Positions 12,697 through 25,492 of a stretch of 64,000 nt of DNA are shown in pieces. The stretch's first letter is position 1. Every line of letters starts with the position of its first letter. The notes beneath the pieces were generated by a model that made no database searches, was not told the origin of the DNA, and saw only the letters and a list, made by a program, of their open reading frames with translations. Position numbers and translations under genes: made by a program. This stretch comes from Rhizaria sp. SCN 62-66 (taxonomy: Eukaryota), in NCBI GenBank assembly GCA_001724265.1, contig MEDY01000073.1:62001-126000 (forward strand), in the 5' to 3' direction.

Positions 12697-13564
12697 CCGT
12701 GTGAGCCAACTCAAGTGGTCACACATCTCATCGTTTAGTGAGGTGTGACTGGTGCTGTGACGTGGTGAACGCTTGCTGGATCTGACGCATAATGACATTT
12801 CTGCTCTGTCCTATGTGGACGTAGATTATTGCTGCGCCATTTTACGTAAATGTGTCTTTTGTTTTTTGAGTCCTGTGATCTTATATTCTTAACTTTGCTG
12901 AGTGTTCACTCTTTTTATTTTATTTTTTCTCAATTCAGTTTCAACCGTTGTACTTTGTCTTTTCCTCAAAGTCACTTCGTCGACTTGGTCGCGCAATTCC
13001 GCACTCTCTGTGATTTCATGTGGCACGCTTGTTGTAACAACTGTATCAGCGGCTTGTCATGAAGCCCCGCTTGATCTGCATCTCCAAAAACAACTCTCAA
13101 CAGGTATGATCCACGCGATCATACTTAGCAATAATGCGACTTTCCTCTTTTGTGTTTTGATAACGAACCTACCAAAGCAACATGTAATTGTGGTCGTTAT
13201 TTCCTCAATTTTTCCCATTCGTTTGTTAGTCGAACGAAACTACTAACGTGAAACTGTTTACAGCACAAGTACGCTTTGAAACTTGTACTTTTCTCTTCGC
13301 AATACACCCCCGTTTCAATATTGGCATCCGTTGGGCTCATGGTTTGATATCATTCGAGAGTGTATTGTAGTTGTGTCCTTGTATGTGGCTATTGTTAATA
13401 GATTAAAATGTGTATACATATAGATATGTTGTTACTAACTTCTCGTAACTTACTACGTGCCAACAAGACCTTCTGACGTTGGCCTTCATCCTTTAACCCC
13501 TCACCCAGTCGCAGCTCTCCACGCTCAAAGCGCAAAGAGCAGCCCGTGAAAAAGCTCAGCGCGT

Positions 13565-16500
13565 TCAGTGGGCCTTACTGCGGGGGCGGCCGCCCTGGCT
13601 GCCGCCCACAATCATCTTGCGCAGCAGCCATGCAACTACGACGCCAATGATGGCGAGGCCCCACACCAGCGAGCCCAGGCCTGAAGACTTGCGGCGCGCT
13701 GCGGCGGCCGACTTGGGCAGGTTGAGCGTCTCCGCAACGGTCGGCACAGCGCCGATGAGCTCCTCCGTAGTCGCGTCAGCGCCGGCGCGGGCGCCAAAGC
13801 CGTGCTCGTCGACCGCCGCCGCAGAGCCCGCGGTCGCGGGGGACGCGGGGAAGAAGGAGCTCCAGAGTCCACGGAGACGGCCACTAATGCCAGTGTCGGC
13901 GTCCGCGTCGCCCGCTGCAGCGGAGCCGGAGTCGTCACCGCGGCGCGAGCCGCGGGCCATGCAGTCCAGGTCCTTGGCCTTGCGCGCAATGATGTCAGCG
14001 AGCGACGCGCACTGGTAGGCGTTGGCGAGCATGTCCTGGATCTTGTGCGCGGCCTCGCCAAACTTGAGTGCGCCGACGAGCTCGCGCATGCGGAACATGC
14101 GGTAACGCAGCGACTTGTACGCCTTGCGGAACAGCTTGTACAGCTTGTGGCCAATAAAGGCCTCGATGTGCACGCCGCGCTTGTCGCGCGTCTCTGTAGT
14201 GTACATGGCACGCAGGATCACCTGATTCGCGGCGCTGGTCTTGACGCCCGCAAGGCGCGTGACGGCGCGGTTAAGCACCGACGTCGCGGAGCGCATCGCG
14301 GTGATGACGTAGTTGCGGTGCAGCGTGTCGACCTGGATGCGAGAGAACTTGACGGCGTTCTCGCCCGACGTCATCGACGCCAGCGGGGACTCGCCCGCGG
14401 CCCACTGCCAGCCCTGCGCGTTGCGGTTGTGGACCTCATCCCAGTGCTGGTGCGCGGGCAGCAGGCCGCCGAGCAGCTGCGCAGTGGCCTGCAGCATCGC
14501 CTTGAGCGGGTTGCGCAGGTTCGTGTACACGGGACGGCCGTTGCACGTGAGCGGGGTCTCCCACAAGCGCTGCGAGGACTGCGTGGCGACAACCATGGAC
14601 GGCAGCGCGCGCGCCTGGAAGTGCTTGTCGACGAACACAGGGAGGTCGGTGTTGAGCGAGAAGAGGAAGATCGGGATCTCGCGCGTGCCGGGGCGCTGGG
14701 GGAACTGGCGCGTCGCCAGGCGCGCGCGCAGCTCGTCCTCGATCAGAGTCGAGTCCAGGTACAGACGCTTGATCGACGACAAGTGGTTGTCGTACAGCAG
14801 CGAGGGCACCACGGCAGACTTGAGCGATGCAGCGTACGCCATCGCCAACGCAGGGTCTTCGGCCATGTCGAGCTCATGCACGGTGTAGATGAACTCTTGG
14901 CCCTTGACGCGCAGCTGCGCCATCGCGATCTTGAACAGCGAGATGAGCGAGCCGTGCGCCAGCGGGTCGTACGCGTTGTGGTTGCGCAGCACGTAGATGC
15001 TGAAGGCGATGCGCGAGTGGTATCCCTTCTGCATGTGCGTGTCGGCCACGGCGGGCGTCAGCACCTGGCGGCGCAGCTTGGCCATCGTCGCCGCGAGGTG
15101 CGCCATGAAGTGGTCCACCTCGAGCATGTTGCCGCCGTGTGTCGTGTTGTGGTGCTGCAGGCGGCGGCGCAGACGGCGCTTCTTCTCCTGCAGCTTCGCC
15201 AGGCGCGTACGCGCACGCAGCAGCTCCCCAGCAGTGCGCGCGCTGGCCTCATCAGCCGCGTCGTCGTCATCATCTGCGCTGCGCTTGCCGCCCGCGGCGC
15301 CCTTCTTGCTCGAGGACCACTCGTCCTGGCTTGACAGCGCCTCCAGGTCGGCGGCGAGGTCGGAGTAGTCGTCGTCGTCGCCGTCATCGTCGTCGCTGCC
15401 GGGGGCATCGCCCACGTCGCGCGACAGCAGCAGCTTGGTCTTGGATTTGATCACGCCACCGGGGCCGCTGGCAGCGTCGTTGGACGCCGCGGCCTCGGCC
15501 GCTTCGCCAGTCGCCGCGGCCGCCGAGGACGCGCCGGCGAGTGAGGCCACGTCGTCGGGATTCACGCCCTCAGAGCGCAGCAACTGTTCCAGCGCGGAGA
15601 GCTCGGCCCGGTAGTGGCCGCAATCGGCGCCGGGGCGCGTGCACTGCTCCGATTCGAGCATGTTCTGCAGCAGCGCACGCTCCGTGATGAGTTGCGTCAC
15701 CGTGTACGTCTGCGCCTCGGAGTGCTCCAGCGCGCCCGCGTCGTCGTCGTCGTCATCGTCGTCGTCGTCGTCGTCCCTATGCGCAGCCGCGGCCTTCTTG
15801 ACCGTCTTGGCCTTGCCGGCGGGGGGTGCCTCGCGCATCTTGGGCGGCGCCTCCGCGTCGGCCATGGTGTCGAACTCGGTCTGCAGACGCGCCAGCTCCG
15901 CCTGGAGCTCGTTGGTGTTCACAGTGAAGTCGCGCAGCCCGGCCATGTCGACGCCCTGCGCCTCGGCCGAGTCTGAGTCGCCGTGCGCCGCGCGGCCGCG
16001 CGCCTTGTCGTCGCTCAGCCCCATGCCGGCCAGCATGTCCTCCAGGTCGAACTGGGCGCTCGTCGTCGGATCGTCCTCGTCGTCGTCGTCCGCGGTGGCC
16101 GCGTCGCCGCTGAGGCCCATCGACGCCGCCAGCTCTTCGTTGCTCATCGACGCGTGCTTAGCCTTGGCCGCGGTGGCACCGTCCTTGCTGCCCTTGAGGC
16201 GGCCCTCCATGGCAGCAACAGCAGCAGCCTCGTGCGCAGCCTCGTCGTCGTCGCCGTCGTCGTCGTCATCGTCGTCGTCGTCGTTAATAGCGCCAACCGC
16301 GCTGCCCGCGGCCTTCTGCGCCAGTCGCTCAGCCTCGCCGTCGGCGGCCGCGGCCTCGCTTGCGCCCAGCGAGCCCACGGCGCGGCGCAGCGCCTCGTTG
16401 GCCGCGAAGAAGGCGTCATGCTGCGCGTGCGTGCTCGCGTCCGCGTTAGCGCGCATGCGCTGGATCTTCTCCGCGAACGCCTGCGACTCGGCCTCCTTGG

Positions 16501-18994
16501 CGGCGGCGGTGGCCGCGGCGGCTGCGGCGGCGCGCTGAGCCTCGGCGGCACGCGCAGCGCTGGCGCTCTCGCCGCGGCGCACCGCAGCGGCGGCCGCGGC
16601 GACCTCGGCGTCAGCAGCGGCCTTGGCGGCGTCGGCGGCGGCCTTCTCGCGGACCGTGGCCTCGTAGGCCTCGCGCGCGGCCGTGTCGGCGAACATGGGG
16701 TGCAGCCCTGTGTCCCAGGACGCCGTGCGGGGCTTGCCGCCCGTCGCTGCGGCGGCCGCGGCCGCGGTGGCCTCGTCGTTGAAGATCTTGGAGAGGTCGT
16801 TGAGGTCCGGCAGCGGCACGGGCGCGCCCGTCGGCGGCGTCGCCGGCGGCTGCGCGTTCGGGTGCGGTGTCGCGCCGCCTGCATTTGCAGCGGCGGCCTT
16901 GGCAGGGGCCGAGGTGCGCGGGGCGCGGCGCTTGTAGGGCTTGCGGATGGCGAGCGTCTTGCGGCCCGCAGCAGGCGCGGCGTCCTTGGCAGCGGCGGCG
17001 GCGTTGGCTGCGTCGTCGTCATCCTCTTCCTCCTCCTCGTCGTCCTCATTGTCCAGGTCGGTGTAGTCGTAGTAGAGCGGGCGACCGGCGTCGTTGCGCG
17101 CGTCCTGGTTCACGTCTGTGGCGACCGTGGGCAGGTGCGCGAGCTTGGCCACTGCCGGCAGCGACGAGTCGGAGCGCACGCCCTCGCCGCCGACGATGGG
17201 CCCCCACTTGAAGGGTCCTGCGGCGAGGTCCAGGAACGCGGTGCGGCCCGTGCCGACCCACACGTCCGAGAGACAGGACTCCTGGGAGAACTCGTTGAGA
17301 GCGTACTCGCGCAGCGTCGCCGGGTCCGCGCGCTTGAAGAAGCGCGTGATGCCGTGTACCGACTTGCCCGGCTTGAGCGCGTCGTATGGGAAGAGTCCCA
17401 GGACCTCGCGCGCCCACGCCTCGGACGCCGCCATCTCCTTGCCGTGCGCGCGCGCGGCCTCAGGTGAGAGGTCCGCCGCGCGCGCGGGCGGCGCGACGGG
17501 GCCGACCAGGTCCGCGTTGGCGGCCAGCTTCGAGGGCACGAAGTGGATCGTGCGGTTGGCGAGCTTGTGCGTGACGGGCTTGGCGTCCAAGTTGGCCTTC
17601 TGCGTGCGCAGCGCGTCAGCCGCATGCTCGCGCCGGTCGTTGGCGTCCGCGGCCGCCTTGGCCACCTGGCGCGGGTCCAGCTTCGCGGGCTTCTTGCGCG
17701 GCGGCGCGCCCGGATGCTTGCGGTTGTACTCCTCGTCGTCCTCGGCCACAGCCTTCATGGCCTGCTTGCGCACCACGGAGAACATGTCCATGGCGTGCGC
17801 GCCGCCGCCCTTAAGCAGCGTCGCGCCCGCCGCCATCGCGGCCTCCTCCTCGTCCGTGTTGAGCCCCTCGTAGTCGACCTTAATGCGGCCGCCGTGGGAG
17901 CGGCGCACGGCGCGCTTGGCGGCGGCGCGCTGTGCGGGCGTCGAGGCCGGGATCTGCGCCGAGCCCTGCGCGTCCGCGCCTGCGGTCGCGGCGAGGATCT
18001 TGGCGAGCGTGGCCAGCTCCGTGGCCTGCAGCGCCTCAAGCTGCGCCGCCTCGGCCTCGGCCGTGCTCTCAGTCTCGTGCGCCCACCGTACGGTGGCCTC
18101 ATCGGCCAGCACGTGCTCGATCTCGTGGTTGCTGAAGCCGGCGCGGTAGCCGTAGAAGGGCAAGATCTGCGCCGTCATCGCGTCGCCCAGCAGGTCCTTG
18201 GCCTTGAGCGACTCGACCATCCACGTCTTGCGCGGGTTAATCACGCCGACGACGTAGCCGTCGGTGAGCTTGAGCTCGCGAGCAAGGTCGCCCAGCGCGT
18301 CCGACACGAGCGCGGGGTCCACGGCGAAGTGGTGCGACGACAGCACGCGCGAGCGTTCCCCAGAGGCGTCCGTGTCGCCCGCGAGCGAGCTGCCGCCGGG
18401 GAGGTCGTCGTCGTTGAGCGCCATGTCGTGCGGCTTAACCAGGCGGTGCTGGTCGTGCAAAATGCGCTCGAGCGCCTGCGCGACCATCGGGGAGGTCTCA
18501 ATCACGCGGTACGTGTAGACGTACTCAACGGCCGCGGCGTAGGCCTCGGCAGCATCGTTGGCGGCAGTGTGCTTGTGCTGCCACGACTCGGTCTGAACGT
18601 GCGTGAGCGAGCGCTCCAGTCCCTCGAGCCAGGACTCGAAGGTGCTGTGCGGCAGCGACAGGCCCAGGTGGCCCGCGCCGTCGAGCCCGACGAGGAAGAT
18701 GTTGACGTGCACGGGCAGCTGCACGCGGCCCACCACGTGCGCGCTGAGCGCGTCGGCCAGGTTGCCGCGGTCCTTCCACTTGAGCCCGGAGGTCATGTCG
18801 AAGAAGTCGTAAGCGGCGGCCGGCGCCGTCGACAGCGACAGTAGCAAAGCCGCGCCGAGGGACAGCACCGCGAGGAGAGAGAAGCGCGGGGTACGGCGAA
18901 CGATGTGCGCGGGCTGTTGCGTGGACACACATGCTGAGAGCGACGCGGCCACATCAGCAGCAGATGTGCTGATGGAGGGAAGCGTCGTCTTCAT
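13565..18994 (-). CDS. Secretory-pathway single-pass membrane protein resembling Arabidopsis At5g58100 (KNS3/SPOT1) family, about 1809 aa
   Basis: N-terminal hydrophobic signal-like segment, C-terminal TM helix with short basic tail (RPRSKAH), conserved block CLSDVWVGTGRTAFLDLAAGPFKWGPIVGGEGVRS and later IPIFLFS..PVFVDKHFQARAL blocks that I recall from this family. Intronless. Assignment from memory. Confidence 0.7.
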   Translation of the reverse strand: MKTTLPSISTSAADVAASLSACVSTQQPAHIVRRTPRFSLLAVLSLGAALLLSLSTAPAAAYDFFDMTSGLKWKDRGNLADALSAHVVGRVQLPVHVNIFLVGLDGAGHLGLSLPHSTFESWLEGLERSLTHVQTESWQHKHTAANDAAEAYAAAVEYVYTYRVIETSPMVAQALERILHDQHRLVKPHDMALNDDDLPGGSSLAGDTDASGERSRVLSSHHFAVDPALVSDALGDLARELKLTDGYVVGVINPRKTWMVESLKAKDLLGDAMTAQILPFYGYRAGFSNHEIEHVLADEATVRWAHETESTAEAEAAQLEALQATELATLAKILAATAGADAQGSAQIPASTPAQRAAAKRAVRRSHGGRIKVDYEGLNTDEEEAAMAAGATLLKGGGAHAMDMFSVVRKQAMKAVAEDDEEYNRKHPGAPPRKKPAKLDPRQVAKAAADANDRREHAADALRTQKANLDAKPVTHKLANRTIHFVPSKLAANADLVGPVAPPARAADLSPEAARAHGKEMAASEAWAREVLGLFPYDALKPGKSVHGITRFFKRADPATLREYALNEFSQESCLSDVWVGTGRTAFLDLAAGPFKWGPIVGGEGVRSDSSLPAVAKLAHLPTVATDVNQDARNDAGRPLYYDYTDLDNEDDEEEEEDDDDAANAAAAAKDAAPAAGRKTLAIRKPYKRRAPRTSAPAKAAAANAGGATPHPNAQPPATPPTGAPVPLPDLNDLSKIFNDEATAAAAAAATGGKPRTASWDTGLHPMFADTAAREAYEATVREKAAADAAKAAADAEVAAAAAAVRRGESASAARAAEAQRAAAAAAATAAAKEAESQAFAEKIQRMRANADASTHAQHDAFFAANEALRRAVGSLGASEAAAADGEAERLAQKAAGSAVGAINDDDDDDDDDGDDDEAAHEAAAVAAMEGRLKGSKDGATAAKAKHASMSNEELAASMGLSGDAATADDDDEDDPTTSAQFDLEDMLAGMGLSDDKARGRAAHGDSDSAEAQGVDMAGLRDFTVNTNELQAELARLQTEFDTMADAEAPPKMREAPPAGKAKTVKKAAAAHRDDDDDDDDDDDDAGALEHSEAQTYTVTQLITERALLQNMLESEQCTRPGADCGHYRAELSALEQLLRSEGVNPDDVASLAGASSAAAATGEAAEAAASNDAASGPGGVIKSKTKLLLSRDVGDAPGSDDDDGDDDDYSDLAADLEALSSQDEWSSSKKGAAGGKRSADDDDDAADEASARTAGELLRARTRLAKLQEKKRRLRRRLQHHNTTHGGNMLEVDHFMAHLAATMAKLRRQVLTPAVADTHMQKGYHSRIAFSIYVLRNHNAYDPLAHGSLISLFKIAMAQLRVKGQEFIYTVHELDMAEDPALAMAYAASLKSAVVPSLLYDNHLSSIKRLYLDSTLIEDELRARLATRQFPQRPGTREIPIFLFSLNTDLPVFVDKHFQARALPSMVVATQSSQRLWETPLTCNGRPVYTNLRNPLKAMLQATAQLLGGLLPAHQHWDEVHNRNAQGWQWAAGESPLASMTSGENAVKFSRIQVDTLHRNYVITAMRSATSVLNRAVTRLAGVKTSAANQVILRAMYTTETRDKRGVHIEAFIGHKLYKLFRKAYKSLRYRMFRMRELVGALKFGEAAHKIQDMLANAYQCASLADIIARKAKDLDCMARGSRRGDDSGSAAAGDADADTGISGRLRGLWSSFFPASPATAGSAAAVDEHGFGARAGADATTEELIGAVPTVAETLNLPKSAAAARRKSSGLGSLVWGLAIIGVVVAWLLRKMIVGGSQGGRPRSKAH

Positions 18995-19958
18995 CCTGTG
19001 CGAGGTGGGAACAGGACGGGCGAGTAAAAACCACGCTGCGCGCACGAGGGCGGTGCGAGACGGGGTCTGAGACGTGTGCTGTTAAGTTAGGACCCGAGCA
19101 AAAATAACACGACAGCGCGTGTAGCTGAGTCCAAACTGTGAAGCAAGATAAAGGAGGGACAGAGCAGTGGCGTAAGACGTGAGGGAGAACGATGATGAGA
19201 ACTTTGAGGACGAGCGGCTAATTTATCATTCAGAAACAACATCGAAAAAACCGTCGATAGGAACACCGCGAAACCTCGGAATGGACATGTTGGTGATCTG
19301 CCTAGACACAAAATTCTAGTACTAATATCGCTTGAAATGATTCTCATATCCTACTCGCATTGATCGTATCTAAGGAGGACTGCGAGTGACGAGCAACGAG
19401 GAGTCAGCACCGTTTTTTTCGGAACCCCCTCAAAGCGCCACCAGCTTGTGTCCAGCTAGACGAAAACGAGCTATATACTGGGCAAATTGGTGACAATGAA
19501 ACTGAAATTTTAATATGTTTGATTTCAAGTTGGTTATTGCTCCAGTTCTTTGTAATAGCTTGTATGCTGATGATTTCTTGTTAGAGCCGCATCTTTACTC
19601 ATCTCAAACGAACATTCAAGTTCGACAATCGTGCTTTATACGTGCCAGTAATCGTTATATGAATAATGAAATAAATTATTGAGATAAAATTGAGTTGTTT
19701 TATTTGTTTTTAAAAATGTCATTCACTTTTGAAGCAAGGTTCGTCATGCTTTCTTTTTCTTTCATAAAATCTTTGAACTTGAAGGTTTGTAAACTGTTAC
19801 TAACCGAGCACAACATGCATCGCAAAAAAATAATAATCAAGTAGTCTAAAATGTAAAATGCTTAAAATGGTTAATATACATTTGTATGTATTAATACATG
19901 ACGACTAAAAATTCAACTGGGAAATAACTCTATGTAACACATGGTAAGAGCAGACCTG

Positions 19959-22900
19959 TCAGGCGTCACCGGCGGCCTTAGAGGCGTTAAGGGCGGCCAG
20001 CGCGGCGGCCTCCTCGGCGGCTGCCTTTTCCTTCATCCAGAGGATGAACTGCTCGGTCTTGTTGCGGCGGGCCTTCTTTTTGCCCTTAAGCTGCGCCACG
20101 CGCGCCTCCAGACTGGGCTCCAGGCGCCGCTGCGCGAGCGGGATATGCCCGTACAGCTCCGCGTAGGGGAAGGTGCCCGCACCCTCGACGAGCACACCGG
20201 GGCCAGCTGCCACAAGAGGCGCATCCGCATCGGCAACCGCAGGCGCAGGGGCAGCGGCAGCGGTGTGCGCCCAGGGGTAACGCGAGGGAGCCCTAAAAAG
20301 CAAACAGAAAAAAAGGGACAAAAGCGAACAAAAATAAAGAAAAGAGTCAGAACAGAGCTTGTGATAATGAGACTTGACAACGGGACTTAAAAGTTTGACA
20401 CATTTGCAACTCTAATTCTGATTTCGTTTCGAATTTCATATCCACGCACCTGGGAGTCTCGATCTGAAAGCCCCTGCAGCCGAGCGCGCGCAGCAGCGGC
20501 GCGTCGAGCGCAGTCTCGGCCGGGAACGTGGGCGTGACGCGCGACAGCGGCGCCGTGCGCAGCACGCGCAGCTCCCGCGGCGACGCGCCCAGGAAGGGCT
20601 GCATGGTGCTGTAGGGCATGAGGCCCTGGCGCACCATCGCGGGCGCGAGCGTCATAGCCGTCGCACCGGCCGGGACGGGGGTCACCACGCCGCCCGCGCC
20701 GCTGCTCACAAGCGCGCGCGCACTTATCGCGGTGCCGAGGCTCGCGGCGCTGAGGCTATTGCCAGCGGCAGCGGCGGCATCGCGCGCGGCGGCCTCGCGC
20801 GCGGCGACGTAGGTGCCCAGCGCGGAGCCCGCGGCGTGGGCCGAGACGAAGGACTCCACGGGCATGTGCTTGTGCTGCGCCTTGGCCTGCTTCGCCCCGT
20901 CGGTCGCCACTGCGGGCGCGGTCACCACGGCCGCGTAGATGTTGCCCGGCGTGCCCGTCTGCGGCCGCGCGGCGGGCAGCGCCGTCGCCCCGGTCATAAA
21001 GGCGCGCCCGGCGTTCAGCGCACACGCGTACGCCGCGGCGTCCACGGCGCCGTTGGCACCGGCTTCGGCGCTCTCGCCGCTCTCGGCGCTGGCACTGCTC
21101 CCGCCGCCGACTGCGGCGACGGTGCCGGGCAGCGCGGGCAGCGGGACGCGGCGCACGGTGGGCAGCATGGACCGCGCGAAAACGTCGGCGACGACGGCCC
21201 GCAGCGCAGCCTCGCGCGCGGTGCGGTGCAGCGTGGCCGCCGTGCGCGTCGCGGCGCCGGGCGACGTGACCCAGCGCAGCGACGGGTACACGCCGTCCCA
21301 CAGCACCAGCGGCGCGTCGGGCGCCAGCTGGTACACAGGCTTCGCGGGGAACTGTTAAGGAACAAACATAAAAAAGAGAGAATAATAACATGCATTAGAA
21401 ACATAAAATACGTTGATAGAAGGGGATACAGAATACAAGAAAATACACATTGCAAAATACGGCGTGTCGCCCAAGAGAGAACGCATTGTGTCGCTTTTTG
21501 TACCTTTTTGATGTCGAAGAGGTCCTTGACAATCTCCGGCGGCTCGAGGCCCTGGCCGACGAGGAAGAGCACGGCCATCATGCAGCGCACCTGGTGATAC
21601 AGGAACGCCTCTCCAGTCACCACGAACTCGCACAGCGTGTCTGCGGGCAGCACCACGGGCACCACGCTGCTCGCTGCGCTGCCATCACTCTCCCCATTGC
21701 CGTTGCCATTGCCGTTGCCGCTATCAGCGCCGGCGCTGGCGTTGACGCTGGGCTTGGGGCGGAGGCTGTAGGGCGCGTCGGGGCAAGGCTGCAGTGGGAC
21801 GCCCGTGGTGGTGACGAGCGGCGCGGCGCGCGCGGCGGCGGCCGCGGTGGCGAGCGGGACGGCCCCGCGCACGCAGTCGGAGTCGCCGGCGGCGGAGAAG
21901 ACAGGCCGCCACTGCTGCAGCGCCGACGCCGCGGCCGCGCCCGCGGACCCAGCCTCGCGCGGTGCCGCGGCGGGCTTGGCCGCCTTGGCGGGCTTGTCGC
22001 CGCCGAGCACGGCGGCGGCCGCGGCGTCCACGGCGGCGGCGTCGAGCGCGGGCGGCAGCGGCACCGTCGCGTCGCCGCTCGCCAGCTCCAGCGAGCAGCT
22101 CGGCAGCCCGGCGTCACTGCGCGCGTCACTGCCGGCCTTGTTGCCGCCCGCCGCCGCGCCGGCGTCGTTGCTGTTGTTGTTGCAGCCGCGGCTCGCGTCG
22201 GCACAGGCCGCGATGTCCTCCGCGGTGACCGCGGCGCCGGCGGCGAGCGAGAAGGTGTCCTGCACCGCGCAAGGCCGCACAACAGCACCACAGATGCGCC
22301 GCACAAAGTGCGTCACGGCCGCCAGGTCCATGTGGCACAGGTTGCGGAAGTCGTGGCGGCCCGTCAGGTAGCCAGCGGCGCGGTTCATGGCAGCCAGGTC
22401 CATGCCGTCGGCGTAGAAAAAGTACTTGTATGTGCGGCCCTCGCAGGAGAAGCGCGCCGAGAAGGACTGCGAGACGGGCGCCCAGGCGTGCACGCGGATG
22501 TCCGCGGGCAGGCGCTGGTTGAGCAAACTCACGTAGTCGATCTCGAAGGCGTCGGCCCATGCGTCGAAGGCCGCGTCGGGCAGCCCCGCGTCGGGGTCCG
22601 CGATCGTGGGGTCCTCGGCGCCTGGGCGCGCGAGCGTGTCGTCGTCCTCGTCGTCCTCGTCGTCGCGGTAGTCGTCCTCGCTCCCGTCGCCGTCGCCGTC
22701 GCCGTCGTCGCCGTTGGCGGTGCTGCACTTCGGGGCGGTGACGGGCTTGGCCTTGTGGTGCGAGTTGGCGATGCGGTAGACCTGGTTGGCCGCGTACGAC
22801 TCAAACAGCGCGCGCAGCTCGGCGCGCTTGGCCTCCGCGTCCGACGCGCCCGCCTCTTTGCTCTGCGTATAAGCCAGCACCAGCGCGTCCGTCTCGGACA

Positions 22901-23975
22901 TTGGCCCAGCGCCTGGCGCAGCGCCGCCCGCGGCAGCGGCGTCGGCGTCGGCGTCAGCGTCGGCGTCGGCGGGGTAGTTGGTGACCGTGAGCATCGGCAC
23001 AAGACCCTTCGTGCGCGGTAAGTACCCCACGTCGCTCGGGCTGCCTTCACCCAGCTCGCGCAGCACAGGCCCGTCGTTGCCGATCGCCGAGTCCGCAGCG
23101 CTCGCAGCGGCAGCGGCTGTAGCGTTGCTGTTGCTGCTTTTGTCTGTGGTGCGGGGCCGCTTGGCAAGGGCGAGCGCGGCGGCGTTGGCGCGCGCGGCGA
23201 GCGCGGCGACGGCCTTGTCAGGCACGCCCGCGGCGCGGAGACGTTCGCGCACGAACGGGTGATTGGTGCGGACGTCGAGCGCGACGACCTGCGCCAGCGC
23301 CGAGACGCCGCGGTCGGTGCGGCCGCAGCGCGTGTAGTTGGCCGAAGTAATGCCACCAACGGGGATCAGACACGTCTCCTCCAGCGCCGCGAAGAGTGCG
23401 CCCTCGACCGTCTTGGCCTGCGCCTGGTGAGAGAAGCCCGCGTAGTCGGCGCCCAGGTACGAGAGCTTGAGCGCGATGCGCCGGCGCCGCACCTGCGACC
23501 AGTCCAGCTTCGCGCGCGTCACGGCAGAGGCGCCGACGCGGCGCGCGGCCGCGCGGGTCTCCGGGGCCGCCTCGACAGGGGCAGCGGCGACAGCAGCAAC
23601 AACATTCGGAGCAGCAGCGGCTGCGGCAGTAGTTGCTGTTGCGACAGGCCGGGGCAGGGTTGCGTCGGCGGAGGCGTCGTGCGCGGCCGCGGCCGACGTG
23701 CGAGGAATCTTGGTCGGCGCGCAGTCGGGCACGCGGTCAGACGTCGCCGTGTGCACAGGTGACGTCACAGCAGGACTCGCAGTCGCAAGCACCTGTCTAG
23801 CGACGGAGGTGAGCGCGGAGCGGGCGTCGGACTCCGAGATGGAGCACTCGGCGGAGAGCAAGAGGGCACGGAGAGTGTCGATGTCAAGCTCGCGCAACTC
23901 GCGGGCGCGGGCCTCGATGTTGGCTGTTGATGGCGGCACGGCGCCTGAAGCGGAGGCGGCATTGGAGAAAGACAT
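19959..23975 (-). CDS. PUS3: tRNA pseudouridine(38/39) synthase, TruA family (Pus3/Deg1), 1235 aa; exons 23975-21504, 21351-20450, 20292-19959
   Basis: RRIALKLSYLG..CGRTDRGVSA (catalytic Asp), LNQRLPADIRV, FSARFSC..RTYKYFF, GRHDFRNLC, AFLYHQVRCMMAVLFLVG, and KPVYQLAPDAPLVLWD after splicing. Introns 21352-21503 and 20293-20449 are GT-AG and frame-restoring. Confidence 0.92.
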
Positions 23976-24461
23976 GGCTGCTGACTGCGGAAGTGCGGCC
24001 CTGCTGACTCCTCTAAAATGAGAATAAATGTTGAATAGGAGAATATAATAAAAATAAGAAATGTAATCATACGGATTAAATCTATTGATCTCACATACAT
24101 ACCCACTGACGGATTCCTCATGGTGTATTGCTTCGTTTCCGAAGTGCGCACCCCGTCTTTGACTCCGGCGGCGGTCGGGCGCAGCAAGTAGCAGAGCGTA
24201 GGCGGACATTGAGTTCGCTGTATCTCAACAAGCAATCGACATCATGAAGCATGGTAACTATATATCTATATATGCGCTAATTTAAACATTGTTTTTTAAA
24301 TTATATTCCGCAAAAGTGTTTTTTGTCGTCGCAGGCTGCTCATAAATGCCCCCCTCCTAACACCCTCGTGCCTACGTTCCCCCTTTCCTTAGGCAGATCG
24401 CCACACCTTTCAACATTTGCCACAAGATCTTGCACTAATATCATACGAGTGTAAACACGCA

Positions 24462-25450
24462 ATGTCGTCTGCCAAAGGCTTCGGCGGGGCGTCCGCAGCT
24501 CGCTCCGGCGATACCGCGGCGCTGAACGCCGACCCCGTTCGCTTCGGCCCTGCGGCCTCGTCGCTGGGCGCGGGCGCGCGCCCCGCGGCGCCGCACGACC
24601 GCTACAACAAGTTCAGCAACGACACCGAGGATGACGACGAACCCGACAACGCGAACAACGACAAAATCCCCCGCGGCGGGCGCGGCACACGGCGCGGCGG
24701 CTTCAGCCACGTAACCGTGGCCAGCGACTCGGATCACGAGGGCGACGGCGGCGGCGACAGCGACGGCGCACCGACCACGAACATTTCCGCCGCCGCGGCC
24801 GCCGCCGCCGCGCATCAACTGCCCGTGCTTGCCCCGCTTGGCGCCTCCTCCACCGGTGCCCACAGCAAGAGCCACGGCCACACCAGTCACGCGCGCGGCC
24901 AGTGTCACGGCCACGGCCACGGCCACGGTGCAGTCGCGTGCTGCGACGACGGCGCTGCGGGCGACTACGGCGGCGAGGGCGAGGGCGAGGGCGAGGGCGA
25001 GGACGGGCTGCACGTGCCGGCCTTCGCGCGCGCGCCCCCGCTGGTCCGCGCATACCGGCTGTGGCACGGCGCGAACCGCTTCTGCTGCGGCGGGCGACTC
25101 ATGACGGGCCCTGCGTCCGACACCTGGGCCAACGGCGCCGTCTGGTTCTTCCTGCTCTTCCCCTCGGCGCTGTACTTCGGGCTGGCGGGCCCGCTGCTGA
25201 TGCGCAGCAGCCCCGCGTTCCTGCTGCTCTTCGCCGCGCTCTTCGCGTGGACCGTCGTGCTGCTGTTGCTCACGCAGTTTACAGACCCGGGCATCGTGCC
25301 GCGCAGCGCCATGGCGATCCAGCACCACGACGGACAGGCGCGCCGCGCCGAGGACGGCATCAGCGGCGAGTAGGCCTACCGCGCGCGCTTCAAGAAGAAG
25401 AACGCGGCGGCGCACAACCAGCAACAGCAGCAGCACATGCAGCAGCACCT

Positions 25451-25492
<42 letters not shown>

